Positions 44,744-54,161 of a stretch of 64,000 nt of DNA are shown piece by piece. The notes under the pieces are model-generated. The model worked only from the letters and a program-made list of their open reading frames with translations. It was not told where the DNA came from and did not search any database. How positions within the stretch are numbered: position 1 is the first letter of the stretch; every line of letters begins with the position of its first letter. Source of the stretch: Actinomycetota bacterium (GTDB taxonomy: Bacteria > Actinomycetota > Actinomycetes > Nanopelagicales > Nanopelagicaceae); assembly GCA_947377725.1 (NCBI GenBank), contig CANCGX010000001.1, positions 626 to 64,625 of the forward strand. The letters run 5' to 3'. Both the position numbers and the translations under genes were made by a program.

Positions 44744-44749
44744 AAGGTA
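44744..44749 (-). promoter_or_regulatory. -10-like TACCTT 6 nt upstream of the accD GTG (leaderless promoter candidate)
   Basis: The minus strand reads TACCTT agaccc GTG (start at 44737). Confidence 0.45.
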
Positions 44750-44784
44750 CTAGGGAAGGACCCCTATTAGAAATAGGAATAGTA

Positions 44785-45549
44785 ATGACAGGCGAAAATA
44801 TTTCACTTCTTGATGTTAAGAAGCTTGCCTACCTACTAGTAGACGGCTACTGGCAGGTATCTGTCGTCGATGAAATTGATTCAACACAAAATTATTTGAA
44901 GTCTAGAGAACCATTGCACGGCGAAGTAATCACAGCAGAATTTCAAAGTGCCGGAAGGGGAAGACTCGACCGAAGTTTTGAAGCTACTAAATCTAGATCT
45001 TTGCTCTTCTCGTTTTACATTGAACCTAAGAGAGATCGCTCCGAATGGGGTTGGATTCCTCTCATTGCTGGAATGTCCATCGTTCACGTTTTAAATAGGC
45101 AAAAGAATATATTTTCTACTAAATGGCCTAATGATGTTTTAGTTCTTGATTCAATTTCAAATGGAAAAGTTGCTGGAGTTCTAGCGGAAACTCACGGCAA
45201 CGGAATTGTTGTTGGGATTGGGTTAAATGTCTCAATGTCCAGCAACGAACTTCCTGTACCAACAGCATCGTCACTCTTTTTGAATGAATTAACTGAACTG
45301 GATAGAAATTACTATCTAGCGCACATTCTCAAAGAATTCTCCGCACTACTGAGCGATTGGGAGCAATCTTCAAATTTCGGGGAGTTATACACTCGTTCTT
45401 CATCAACAGTTGGTTCGACCGTGGAAGTCCATGGAATTGAAGGCCAGATTGAAAAAGGCAAGGTCACGGGGATTGGTTTGAGCGGAGAATTACTCTTGGA
45501 AGGTGACCGCCACATCTATTCCGGAGACGTCTTTCATCTTTATACTTGA
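44785..45549 (+). CDS. birA: biotin--[acetyl-CoA-carboxylase] ligase (no HTH domain)
   Basis: SAGRGRLDRSF (GRGRxGR-type motif) and KWPNDVL. 254 aa, divergent from the carboxylase genes. Confidence 0.88.
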   Translation: MTGENISLLDVKKLAYLLVDGYWQVSVVDEIDSTQNYLKSREPLHGEVITAEFQSAGRGRLDRSFEATKSRSLLFSFYIEPKRDRSEWGWIPLIAGMSIVHVLNRQKNIFSTKWPNDVLVLDSISNGKVAGVLAETHGNGIVVGIGLNVSMSSNELPVPTASSLFLNELTELDRNYYLAHILKEFSALLSDWEQSSNFGELYTRSSSTVGSTVEVHGIEGQIEKGKVTGIGLSGELLLEGDRHIYSGDVFHLYT

Positions 45550-45552
45550 TTT

Positions 45553-46692
45553 ATGGAACCACTTATTCCCGACGAATATAGAGAGTTGCGAGAAAGTGTT
45601 CGCGCTTTAGCAGAAAAGAAAATTGCTCCTTTTGCCCATGAAGTGGATCAGGATGCCAGGTATCCGCGGGAAGCTCATGACGCACTTGTTGGCGCAGATT
45701 TGTACGCTGCACATGTTGATAGCAAATTTGGAGGGCAAGGTGCGGATGCACTCGCCACGGTGATAATTATTGAGGAGATAGCTCGTGTATGCGGAGCTTC
45801 ATCGCTCATTCCTGCAGTGAATAAACTTGGTTCGGTACCACTCATACTTGCTGGAACCGATGATCAAAAGAAAAAGTATCTTTCACAATTAATCAAAGGT
45901 GCAGGATTTTCATATTGTCTTTCGGAATCCGAAGCAGGATCAGATGCCGCAGCCATGAAAACTAGGGCAGTTAAAGACGGTGACAACTGGGTTATTAACG
46001 GAAGCAAGAAATGGATTTCCAACGCTGGGGAATCTGATTTTTACACAGTTCTTGCGACAACGGATCCCGAGTTGGGAGCAAAAGGGATTACCGCATTTAT
46101 CGTTGAAAAGAGCGATGTCGGGCTCTCTTTCGGCGCGCACGAGAAAAAAATGGGATTTCGAGGATCGCCAACAAGAGAAGTTTATTTTGACTCGGTAAGA
46201 ATTCCAGATGATCGCCGCTTAGGAGACATCGGATCAGGCTTCTCACTTGCGATGCGAACTCTGGATCACACAAGAATTACGATTGCTGCCCAGGCTCTTG
46301 GAATTGCTCAAGGAGCCTTTGATGTTGCAGAGAAATATTCGCATGAGCGGATGCAATTTAAGAAACCTATTTTCGAATTTCAAGGTGTTCAATTCATGCT
46401 TGCAGATATGGCTATGAATATCGCCGCAGCACGAGAGTTAACGTATTCTGCTGCGGTAAAAAGTGAGCGAGGAGAGAAAGACCTAACTTTTTATTCAGCA
46501 GCTGCAAAATGTTTTGCAAGTGACACAGCTATGAAAGTTACAACCGATGCGGTTCAAGTTCTTGGTGGTTACGGTTACGTAAGTGATTATCCAGTTGAAC
46601 GAATGATGCGCGACGCGAAACTTACTCAAATTTATGAAGGAACGAACCAAGTTCAACGAATTGTTATGGCTCGCCATTTTGGCGATCTCTAG
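45553..46692 (+). CDS. acyl-CoA dehydrogenase (short/branched-chain type)
   Basis: 379 aa, ...SESEAGSDAAAM..., ...QIYEGTNQVQRIVMAR.... Its position after birA parallels mycobacterial fadE25. Confidence 0.88.
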   Translation: MEPLIPDEYRELRESVRALAEKKIAPFAHEVDQDARYPREAHDALVGADLYAAHVDSKFGGQGADALATVIIIEEIARVCGASSLIPAVNKLGSVPLILAGTDDQKKKYLSQLIKGAGFSYCLSESEAGSDAAAMKTRAVKDGDNWVINGSKKWISNAGESDFYTVLATTDPELGAKGITAFIVEKSDVGLSFGAHEKKMGFRGSPTREVYFDSVRIPDDRRLGDIGSGFSLAMRTLDHTRITIAAQALGIAQGAFDVAEKYSHERMQFKKPIFEFQGVQFMLADMAMNIAAARELTYSAAVKSERGEKDLTFYSAAAKCFASDTAMKVTTDAVQVLGGYGYVSDYPVERMMRDAKLTQIYEGTNQVQRIVMARHFGDL

Positions 46693-47211
46693 CTATTTAA
46701 ATCGCAAAACCAATCCTGGGGTAGCGGCGGCGCTCATTTTTTGGTCGTGTAATTCATGAGGCACTTCTTCGCTCGTTAATTCACCATGATGAACAAGGGC
46801 AACTGTCCAAGCTTGCAAACGAGGCAGAGCGCGATCGTAGGATCCCCCGCCTTGACCCAATCGATTTCCTTCGCGATCCACGCGAAGCGCCGGAACTATT
46901 GCAACTCCGATGCGATTGATTTCAGTGAATGCATCTCCCGTGGGTTCACTCTCTCCGTTCCAAGGGACCCATTCCAAATCTTTGTCAGGTAGAAGTCGAG
47001 GCACAAGGACGACTCGACCTTCTTCTCGTAATCGGGAATTTATATCCCGAGTTTGCGGCTCAAATCCGTAAGAAATATAAGACGCGATGTGAGTAACGTC
47101 ATTAAATTCTTTGCAGTCAAGAATATGCAGCCAGCTGTCATCGATGAAATGTTCTTTACGTTGCCACCGCAATTCTTTACGTAATTGGGTTTTCATCGCT
47201 TCCAGATTCAC
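46693..47211 (-). CDS. 5-formyltetrahydrofolate cyclo-ligase
   Basis: 172 aa with ...RLGQGGGSYDR.... The GTG 47211 start is supported by TAAAGT 6 nt upstream. Confidence 0.8.
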   Translation of the reverse strand: MNLEAMKTQLRKELRWQRKEHFIDDSWLHILDCKEFNDVTHIASYISYGFEPQTRDINSRLREEGRVVLVPRLLPDKDLEWVPWNGESEPTGDAFTEINRIGVAIVPALRVDREGNRLGQGGGSYDRALPRLQAWTVALVHHGELTSEEVPHELHDQKMSAAATPGLVLRFK

Positions 47212-47217
47212 AGGTTT

Positions 47218-47223
47218 ACTTTA
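47218..47223 (-). promoter_or_regulatory. -10-like TAAAGT 6 nt upstream of the MTHFS GTG (leaderless promoter candidate)
   Basis: The minus strand reads TAAAGT aaacct GTG. Confidence 0.4.
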
Positions 47224-47276
47224 TGGGAAATAGTGAAATTTTGAGTTAGTTAAGGGAAATCTCGGCTCTCTCTGGG

Positions 47277-47282
47277 TAAGGT
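47277..47282 (+). promoter_or_regulatory. -10-like TAAGGT 6 nt upstream of the glp ATG (leaderless promoter candidate)
   Basis: TANNNT followed by ttgggt and then ATG 47289. Confidence 0.45.
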
Positions 47283-47288
47283 TTGGGT

Positions 47289-48203
47289 ATGGAACAACTA
47301 ACTGGAGTGAATGACTTTCTCACCCAGTTACTAGCGATTTCAAAGCCTCTCGACTCCTTTGATATGCCTCTTCTTGATGCCCACGGAGCAACTCTTGCCG
47401 AAGATATCTATGCGGGTTCTCGACATGTGCTTAAACAGGGCTCACGGATCCGATCTACCCAAATTGGCCTCGCTGCATCAATTGGACTTGATCGCCTTCC
47501 GACCAGACCCCATCCACGCGTAGTTGTAATTTCTGCTGGCGATGATCTTGTAGAACCAGGCAATCGTTTACAAGATTCAGAAGATGAGTTTGAGACGAAT
47601 TCATGGATGTTGACGACAGCGGTTAAGGAAGCGGGTGCGATGGGTTATCGCGTTCATTCAATTCCTGACAACCATGAAAAATTGAAGACAGTTATTGAGG
47701 ATCAACTTGTTCGTGCGGATTTAATTGTTATCAGTGGTGAAAGCCATGACGAATCTTTTGATCTCATTTGTGCCGTGCTCCGAGAGCTTGGTGAAATTAC
47801 AACTATTTATCCCAATATTGAAAATAGTGGACGCCATAATTTTGGAACGATTGGCCCAGATAAGACGCCTGTCATCACACTCCCAGGAGATCCTATTGCG
47901 GCTTATTTATCGGCCGAGCTTTTTGTTCGTCCCATGATTCGCACCATGCTTGGTGCCGTCAATATTCATCGAACCATCCTCAAGGCACAGCTAACTCAGG
48001 ATATTGAATCGCCAATAGGCCAGACCTCGTTAATTCGGGCATCTCTGGAAGAACGCGCTTCATTGCTTGTCACTCCGCTTGCTGAGCAAGAGACCCTGGC
48101 AACGCTTTCCGATGCTCAAGGCCTTATTGCGATAGCGGCCGACTCACCTGGCGCCTTGAAAGGCGAAATAGTGGATGTCATGGTTCTCGAGCGAGCCATA
48201 TGA
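47289..48203 (+). CDS. glp: MoeA/gephyrin-like protein (Glp-type), short form lacking most of the N-terminal beta-barrel domain
   Basis: MoeA-like start (...LLDAHGATLAEDIYA), MoCF-type domain (RVVVISAGDDLVEPG...DLIVISGE) and C-terminal barrel (...GEIVDVMVLE). Only about 304 aa. Lies in the MTHFS-glp-rimJ-glpR locus. Confidence 0.6.
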   Translation: MEQLTGVNDFLTQLLAISKPLDSFDMPLLDAHGATLAEDIYAGSRHVLKQGSRIRSTQIGLAASIGLDRLPTRPHPRVVVISAGDDLVEPGNRLQDSEDEFETNSWMLTTAVKEAGAMGYRVHSIPDNHEKLKTVIEDQLVRADLIVISGESHDESFDLICAVLRELGEITTIYPNIENSGRHNFGTIGPDKTPVITLPGDPIAAYLSAELFVRPMIRTMLGAVNIHRTILKAQLTQDIESPIGQTSLIRASLEERASLLVTPLAEQETLATLSDAQGLIAIAADSPGALKGEIVDVMVLERAI

Positions 48204-48772
48204 TGGCAAAGCGCGCATTTGTTGTTCGTGATCACGAGTTAACCCTCCGACCTCTTCGATATAGAGATCGGGATATTTGGAATCAAGTACGACGCGTCAA
48301 CCACGAATGGTTGAATCCTTGGGAGGCCACCCGGCCGGAATTGGAAAATCAGGGTCCTCTTCCAACATATTTTGAAATGATTCATTTTCAAAACAAGGAA
48401 GCTAAAGCCGGTCGCTCATATTCATTCGGATTGTGGCTCTCGGATGGTGCGCAGAACAGATTTATTGGCCAAGTGACACTTGGCGGCATCGTTCTTGGGG
48501 CTTATCGAGGTGGCTACATCGGTTATTGGGTGGATCAAAGATATGCCAACCGCGGTTTTACAACGAGAGCTGTAGTGGCCTTAACAGAATTTGCATTCCA
48601 AGAACTGAAGTTACATCGCATAGAAATTAATCTCAGACCAGAAAATGAAGCCTCTCGAAAAGTCGCAGAAAAAGCCGGCTATGTATATGAGGGCTTGCGT
48701 TCTCGCTACTTGCACATCAATGGGGATTGGCGAAATCACAGTACTTTCGTGAAAGAAAATCCATTAATTTAA
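48200..48772 (+). CDS. rimJ: RimJ/RimL-type GNAT N-acetyltransferase
   Basis: 190 aa, ...IGYWVDQRYANRGFTTRAVVAL...HRIEINLRPEN.ASRKVAEKAGY.... ATGA overlap with glp. Confidence 0.75.
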   Translation: MMAKRAFVVRDHELTLRPLRYRDRDIWNQVRRVNHEWLNPWEATRPELENQGPLPTYFEMIHFQNKEAKAGRSYSFGLWLSDGAQNRFIGQVTLGGIVLGAYRGGYIGYWVDQRYANRGFTTRAVVALTEFAFQELKLHRIEINLRPENEASRKVAEKAGYVYEGLRSRYLHINGDWRNHSTFVKENPLI

Positions 48773-48818
48773 AACGGACATAGTGGTCTAAATCCCCATA
48801 TTTTGGGTTGTAACAAGT

Positions 48819-48824
48819 TATTTT
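48819..48824 (+). promoter_or_regulatory. -10-like TATTTT 6 nt upstream of the SepX/GlpR-like ATG (leaderless promoter candidate)
   Basis: TANNNT followed by ttaccc and then ATG 48831. No SD. Confidence 0.45.
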
Positions 48825-48830
48825 TTACCC

Positions 48831-49556
48831 ATGGCATCCGGACTCATCTACCTTGTAATCGTGGGTATGTGGGTCGCGTATTTCTTGCCGCGGTGGATAT
48901 CTACCCACGAAGATTCTTCAGGCAGAAGCGGCGAAAAATTTAAGAGCGCCATGAAGGTGGTCGGATCACAACCAGTTTCACTTCTCCCAGAGTTTGAAGA
49001 GCCGGCTGTAAAGCGCAAGAAAATTGCTCAACGCAGAACAATTTTCGCAACACTTGCCGCTCTATTTTTTGGATCAATTGCGATTGCAGCTCTTGGATTT
49101 ATTGCATGGTCAATGTTGCTTATTCCAATATCAGGTCTTGCAATTTACACGGTAAATGTACGTCGCCAAGTTGTTGCATCTCAATTGCGCGAACGCAGAA
49201 TGAAAGCACTTGAGAAAGTGACAACAACCCCTGTTCGCACCTCAACTCTTTCATACCGCGACGCTAACAATTCAACAGAGCATTGGATTCCGATTTCTGA
49301 GCGAATTGAACATTCTGGTGTAGTTGTAATTCCTAAAGATCGCGCTGGATGGCAGCCAGTGAATATGCCAAAGCCAACGTATGTAACTGCAGCAAAAGCA
49401 GTGGCTCCAAAACGAGTAATTGATTTAACAGTTCCAGGTCTATGGAGCGAAGAGCAAGAGATTCTCCAAGAGCTTTCTATTCCATCCCGAAACGATCTTT
49501 TTGATCAGGAACTTGAAGAGCAAGCGGCTATATATGACGATCGAGCTGCAAACTAA
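48831..49556 (+). CDS. SepX/GlpR-like divisome membrane protein
   Basis: 241 aa with an N-terminal TM (LIYLVIVGMWVAYFLPRW) and a central TM hairpin. The call rests on the locus position after glp-rimJ; recall of family similarity is only moderate. Confidence 0.5.
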   Translation: MASGLIYLVIVGMWVAYFLPRWISTHEDSSGRSGEKFKSAMKVVGSQPVSLLPEFEEPAVKRKKIAQRRTIFATLAALFFGSIAIAALGFIAWSMLLIPISGLAIYTVNVRRQVVASQLRERRMKALEKVTTTPVRTSTLSYRDANNSTEHWIPISERIEHSGVVVIPKDRAGWQPVNMPKPTYVTAAKAVAPKRVIDLTVPGLWSEEQEILQELSIPSRNDLFDQELEEQAAIYDDRAAN

Positions 49557-50873
49557 TTAAATCCAAGATGGAAACCACATATGGTGGTACCAATTGCTGT
49601 ATGAAATAACGCTTCCTATATAAATAGGTAGGAAATAAATGAAGTTGATTGCCACCAATCCAAGATAGCCATAAGTTATATACAGGCGCGATTGTGGGAT
49701 ATTCCCTTGATCATCTCTCTCAAGAAATTTTGAAAGTGCATAGATGATTAGTAGAACGACAAAAGGTTCAAAGGCGATTGCATAAAAGGTAAACATGGTG
49801 CGTTTCTGAAAGAAAAACCAAGGCAGGTAACCGGCAGCTAAGCCAAGGAGAATCAAGCCACTCTGCCATTCTCGGCGCGCAACCCAATATCCAATTGTGA
49901 CAAAAAGAGCAGCTAATGCACTCCACCAGAGCAATGGAGTGCCAAGTGCCAATATTTCTTGGGCACAGGAATTAGTTCCACAACTTTTTGGGGTTGCGTA
50001 GAAAAAAGAGGTAGGTCGGCCCATGATCAGCCAACTCCATGGATTGGCAGCGTATGAGTGTCCCTCGGTTAACCCTTTATGAAAATTTAATATTTCTGAT
50101 TGGTAATGAATGAACGACTTCAGGATTGACGGTGACCAATTGCGGCTCCAACCCTGTGGAGTTAAGAACCAACCAATCCACGAAATTATGTAGGTTGCAA
50201 CAGGTACGAGGCCAAATTGGAGAAGCCGTTTCCATAGCGATTTTGTGGCAATAACTTTTATCGGTCTTTCAAGTTCGAGCGCTTTGGCCATTCGGTAATC
50301 CGAGTACAAAAGGAATGCGCCGAAAGCAACCATGTAATACACCCCGCTCCATTTGGTGGCAAAAGCCAAACCGAGCGAGATTCCTGCGAGCCAAGGCTTG
50401 CTCAACAAAATAAAGTAGAACGAAAGAAGTATGAAGAACATTAAAAAGATATCTAAGAGTGCGGTGCGCGAGTGGACGAGGTGGAGACCATCGAGAACCG
50501 TGAGTAGCGCAGCAGTGCATGCTAAGAAATAACTATTAAATAATTTGATCGCGACAAGAAAAATAATTCCAACAGAGATTGAACCGATAACGGCTGAAGA
50601 AAATCTCCATCCAAATTCATTGAATCCAAATAACTTAATTCCAGCTCCAATGATCCATTTGCCGATTGGGGGATGGACAATGAATTCGGCCGAACCATTT
50701 TTTTGCAATTCCACGCCATGCATGACGAGGGAGTGAGCATTTTTTGCGTAGTACACCTCGTCAAAGATGAATCCTTTGGGAGTTGCAAGGTGCCAGAGTC
50801 TTAGAGTGAGAGCCGCAAGCGTGAATCCAAGGGCCGTGAGCGCATCCCTTGAGCGAGCGGAGATTTCGGTCAT
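49557..50873 (-). CDS. pmt: protein O-mannosyltransferase-like (Pmt, GT39-type phospholipid-carrier-dependent glycosyltransferase)
   Basis: Polytopic, ...GFIFDEVYYAKNAHS... (DE motif in loop 1). Divergent from rsmI, as Rv1002c/Rv1003 are. ATG 50873 was chosen because TAGGCT lies 6 nt upstream; an in-frame GTG at 50879 is also possible. Confidence 0.8.
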   Translation of the reverse strand: MTEISARSRDALTALGFTLAALTLRLWHLATPKGFIFDEVYYAKNAHSLVMHGVELQKNGSAEFIVHPPIGKWIIGAGIKLFGFNEFGWRFSSAVIGSISVGIIFLVAIKLFNSYFLACTAALLTVLDGLHLVHSRTALLDIFLMFFILLSFYFILLSKPWLAGISLGLAFATKWSGVYYMVAFGAFLLYSDYRMAKALELERPIKVIATKSLWKRLLQFGLVPVATYIISWIGWFLTPQGWSRNWSPSILKSFIHYQSEILNFHKGLTEGHSYAANPWSWLIMGRPTSFFYATPKSCGTNSCAQEILALGTPLLWWSALAALFVTIGYWVARREWQSGLILLGLAAGYLPWFFFQKRTMFTFYAIAFEPFVVLLIIYALSKFLERDDQGNIPQSRLYITYGYLGLVAINFIYFLPIYIGSVISYSNWYHHMWFPSWI

Positions 50874-50879
50874 GCCCAC

Positions 50880-50885
50880 AGCCTA
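50880..50885 (-). promoter_or_regulatory. -10-like TAGGCT 6 nt upstream of the pmt ATG (leaderless promoter candidate)
   Basis: The minus strand reads TAGGCT gtgggc ATG (50873). Confidence 0.4.
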
Positions 50886-50899
50886 GAGCCTGAGAGAAT

Positions 50900-51745
50900 A
50901 TGACCGTGTTGATATTGGCTGCCATTCCGCTGGGTAATCCCGGCGACGCTTCGACGCGGTTAAAAGAAAGTATTCAAAGCGTTGAATATGTTGCCGCTGA
51001 AGACTCCAGGCGATTTACCCGTCTCTGCCAAGATTTGGAAATTCGCCACAACGCCAAGGTCATCTCCTTTTTCGAAGGGAACGAGAACGAGCGCCTCGAA
51101 GGATTGATTGCCATTTTGGAATCGGGGAAAGATCTTCTCGTTGTAACGGATGCAGGATTGCCTGGAATTAGCGATCCCGGCTATCGATTGGCTAGAGAAG
51201 CCGTTGCTCGCAACATTCAGATTCAGGTGCTGCCAGGTCCAAGTGCAGTAACTACCGCACTTCTACTCTCTGGATTATCTAGCGCAACATTTTGTTTTGA
51301 TGGTTTCCCCCCTCGAACATCTGGATCTCGACTTGCTTGGTATGAGCAACGCGCCGAGGAAGAACGAACCATAATTATTTTCGAGGCACCTCATCGACTC
51401 TTGGAATCATTAGAGGATATGAAGAACGCTTTTGGTTCAGATCGCAAGATTGCAGTATGCAGAGAAATGACAAAGACGTACGAGGAAGTCGCACGAGGCA
51501 CAATCAGCGAAATAATTGCGTGGGCTACCTCAAAAGATATTTTGGGCGAGATCACAGTAGTAATCGAAGGATTCAACCCAGACCTTCGCGAGTTTGGTGA
51601 TGATGAAATAGTTGCCAAAGTTTTAGCTCGCGAGACGGCTGGTGAGCTTCGAAAAGAAGCAATTGTGGCAGTTGCGAAGGAAATAGGCGTTGCGAAGAGA
51701 ATTGTCTTCGACGTAATGGTTCAACAGAAGGATAAGATTCGATAA
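50900..51745 (+). CDS. rsmI: 16S rRNA (cytidine1402-2'-O)-methyltransferase
   Basis: ...AAIPLGNPGDAS..., ...VVTDAGLPGISDPG..., ...EAPHRL.... An in-frame GTG at 50906 is an alternative start. Confidence 0.9.
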   Translation: MTVLILAAIPLGNPGDASTRLKESIQSVEYVAAEDSRRFTRLCQDLEIRHNAKVISFFEGNENERLEGLIAILESGKDLLVVTDAGLPGISDPGYRLAREAVARNIQIQVLPGPSAVTTALLLSGLSSATFCFDGFPPRTSGSRLAWYEQRAEEERTIIIFEAPHRLLESLEDMKNAFGSDRKIAVCREMTKTYEEVARGTISEIIAWATSKDILGEITVVIEGFNPDLREFGDDEIVAKVLARETAGELRKEAIVAVAKEIGVAKRIVFDVMVQQKDKIR

Positions 51746-53298
51746 TGACCTCATCTCAAAAGGCGTTCTACCTCACGACTCCGATCTACTACGTTAACGA
51801 TGCGCCGCATATTGGGCACGCCTACACAACTGTTGCTGGAGATGTGTTGACGCGTTGGCATCGCCAAAAGGGAGAAAACGTTTGGTTCCTGACGGGCACC
51901 GACGAGCACGGCCAGAAAGTATTGAATACGGCCACTGCAAACAATGTGGCGCCACAAGACTGGTGTGACCGGCTCGTGGAGGATGCCTGGAAACCAGTGT
52001 GGAAAAATCTCAATATCGCAAATGATGATTTTATTCGGACAACCGACCCTCGCCACATGGACCGAGTCCAGCGATTCCTGTCAGATTTGAAAGATAAAGG
52101 GTTTATTTATTCAGGTAAGTACGAAGGACCGTACTGCATTGGTTGTGAAGAATTTAAGTTACCGGGAGATTTGGTAGAAGGTAAATGCCCAATCCACTCA
52201 ACTCCAGTGGAAAATGTGAGTGAAGAGAATTGGTTCTTTAAATTAAGTCACTTTGTTCCCGCGCTCATCGAGCGTTATAAGTCAAACCCTGAGGCGTGCG
52301 AACCCGCGAGCGCTCGCAATGAAGTCTTGGCATTTCTTGAAGGTGGCGTACAAGATCTTTCAATTTCACGTTCGACTTTTGATTGGGGAATCCCTGTTCC
52401 TTGGGATACCAAGCAAGTGGTTTATGTTTGGTTCGACGCTCTACTTAATTATGCGACAGCAGTGGGTGTAGGCGATGAACCATCATCTGAAGGCGGAAAG
52501 AAATTCGCCGAAACGTGGCCATGCGATGTCCATCTTGTTGGCAAAGACATTCTTAGGTTCCATGCCGTGATTTGGCCAGCAATGTTGATGGCGGCGGGTC
52601 TTCCTGTACCAAAAAAAGTTTTTGCACACGGGTGGTTGCTCGTTGGCGGCGAAAAGATGAGTAAGAGCAAGCTCACAGGAATTGCGCCTTCTGACATTAC
52701 CGACCATTTTGGAGTCGATGCATTCCGTTATTACTTCCTTCGGGCCATTCCATTTGGCACTGATGGATCTTTCTCATGGGAAGACATGGGTGCTCGATAT
52801 ACAAGCGAGCTCGCCAATGATTTTGGCAATTTAGCTTCCCGCTTGATTGCGATGGTAGAGAAGTATTGCGATGGCGAGATTCCGGAAGTAGCTCACGATT
52901 CTGTGCTTGAAGCATCACTTGCAGAAACCGTTAAAAAAGCAGATGCAGCGATTTGCGCATTGGATTTCCAAGGTGGCATCAACGCAATTATGGATTTCTG
53001 TAAAAGAGTTAATGGGTATGTAACTGAAAAGGAACCTTGGGTTGTTGCTAAAGACGACTCACGCAAGACCGAACTTGACGCAATTCTTTACAACACAGCT
53101 GAAGCAATTCGGGCGCTTGCTGTATTACTGCATCCAGTAATGCCGGCCACAACGCAAACGTTGTGGGAAAGTCTTGGTGTTGAGAGCGATCTCGCATCTC
53201 AAAAAATATCTGATGTTGCAACATGGGGACAGCTGAAACCAGGCTCTAAAGTCACAAAGGGTGCTGTTCTTTTCCCTCGCCTTGAAGAGAAGATTTAA
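51745..53298 (+). CDS. metG: methionine--tRNA ligase (short form)
   Basis: YYVNDAPHIGHAYT (HIGH) and KMSKSK motifs. 517 aa. Confidence 0.95.
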   Translation: MTSSQKAFYLTTPIYYVNDAPHIGHAYTTVAGDVLTRWHRQKGENVWFLTGTDEHGQKVLNTATANNVAPQDWCDRLVEDAWKPVWKNLNIANDDFIRTTDPRHMDRVQRFLSDLKDKGFIYSGKYEGPYCIGCEEFKLPGDLVEGKCPIHSTPVENVSEENWFFKLSHFVPALIERYKSNPEACEPASARNEVLAFLEGGVQDLSISRSTFDWGIPVPWDTKQVVYVWFDALLNYATAVGVGDEPSSEGGKKFAETWPCDVHLVGKDILRFHAVIWPAMLMAAGLPVPKKVFAHGWLLVGGEKMSKSKLTGIAPSDITDHFGVDAFRYYFLRAIPFGTDGSFSWEDMGARYTSELANDFGNLASRLIAMVEKYCDGEIPEVAHDSVLEASLAETVKKADAAICALDFQGGINAIMDFCKRVNGYVTEKEPWVVAKDDSRKTELDAILYNTAEAIRALAVLLHPVMPATTQTLWESLGVESDLASQKISDVATWGQLKPGSKVTKGAVLFPRLEEKI

Positions 53299-53304
53299 GA
53301 ATCT

Positions 53305-54159
53305 ATGTCAGATCGTTTTACTCTCGAGAAGGAGCGTGAAGTTGCGCCACTTCCCGAAGCCCTGACATCTCCATGCATTGATAATCACGCGCATCTTGAA
53401 TTGATTGCAGAGTCTGAACCAGATTCACCTGCAATTAAAGCAATTTTGGATGAGGCAAAGAGCGTCGGAATCGATCGAGTCATTCAGGTTGGATATTCGG
53501 CAGTTCAATCGGCTTGGGGAGTTCGTTGTGCAGAAGCGTTTCCTGGTCGTGTCTTAGCAGCTGTAGCGCTTCACCCAAATGATGCCCCTGTTACTGCAGA
53601 TCTTGAAGGCGATTTAAGAGTTATAGCCGATCTTGCGCAACATCCCCGTGTTCGAGCAATTGGTGAAACCGGTTTGGACTTCTTCCGAACTGCGCCAGAT
53701 GGTCGGGAAAAACAAATTTATTCCTTCAAGCGCCACATTCAGATTGCTAAAGATGTGAATAAAGCGGTCATGATTCACGACAGAGATGCTCACCGCGAAG
53801 TCCTCGATACTTTGGCAGAAGTTGGCGCTCCACAGAAGGTTGTTTTTCATTGCTACTCAGGTGATGCAGAAATGGCTCGAGAGTGCATAAGTAATGGTTA
53901 TTACCTATCTTTTGCTGGGACTGTAACTTTCAAAAATGCTCCGCATTTACGTGAGGCACTTGCACTTGCACCGCTAAATCGAATTCTTGTTGAGACGGAT
54001 GCTCCATTTTTAACTCCAATGCCAAATAGAGGATTACTGAATACTCCTGCTCAGATTCCAAATACTTTAAGGCTCATGGCTGAGGTTCGCGACATGGACC
54101 TAGATGAGCTTTGTGAGGCAATTGTTCAAAACACAACAAACGTCTATGGCGAGTTTTAA
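53305..54159 (+). CDS. tatD: TatD-family metal-dependent DNase/hydrolase
   Basis: ...CIDNHAHLE..., ...IGETGLDF..., ...VMIHDRDAH..., ...LVETDAPFLTP.... Confidence 0.88.
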   Translation: MSDRFTLEKEREVAPLPEALTSPCIDNHAHLELIAESEPDSPAIKAILDEAKSVGIDRVIQVGYSAVQSAWGVRCAEAFPGRVLAAVALHPNDAPVTADLEGDLRVIADLAQHPRVRAIGETGLDFFRTAPDGREKQIYSFKRHIQIAKDVNKAVMIHDRDAHREVLDTLAEVGAPQKVVFHCYSGDAEMARECISNGYYLSFAGTVTFKNAPHLREALALAPLNRILVETDAPFLTPMPNRGLLNTPAQIPNTLRLMAEVRDMDLDELCEAIVQNTTNVYGEF

Positions 54160-54161
54160 TC

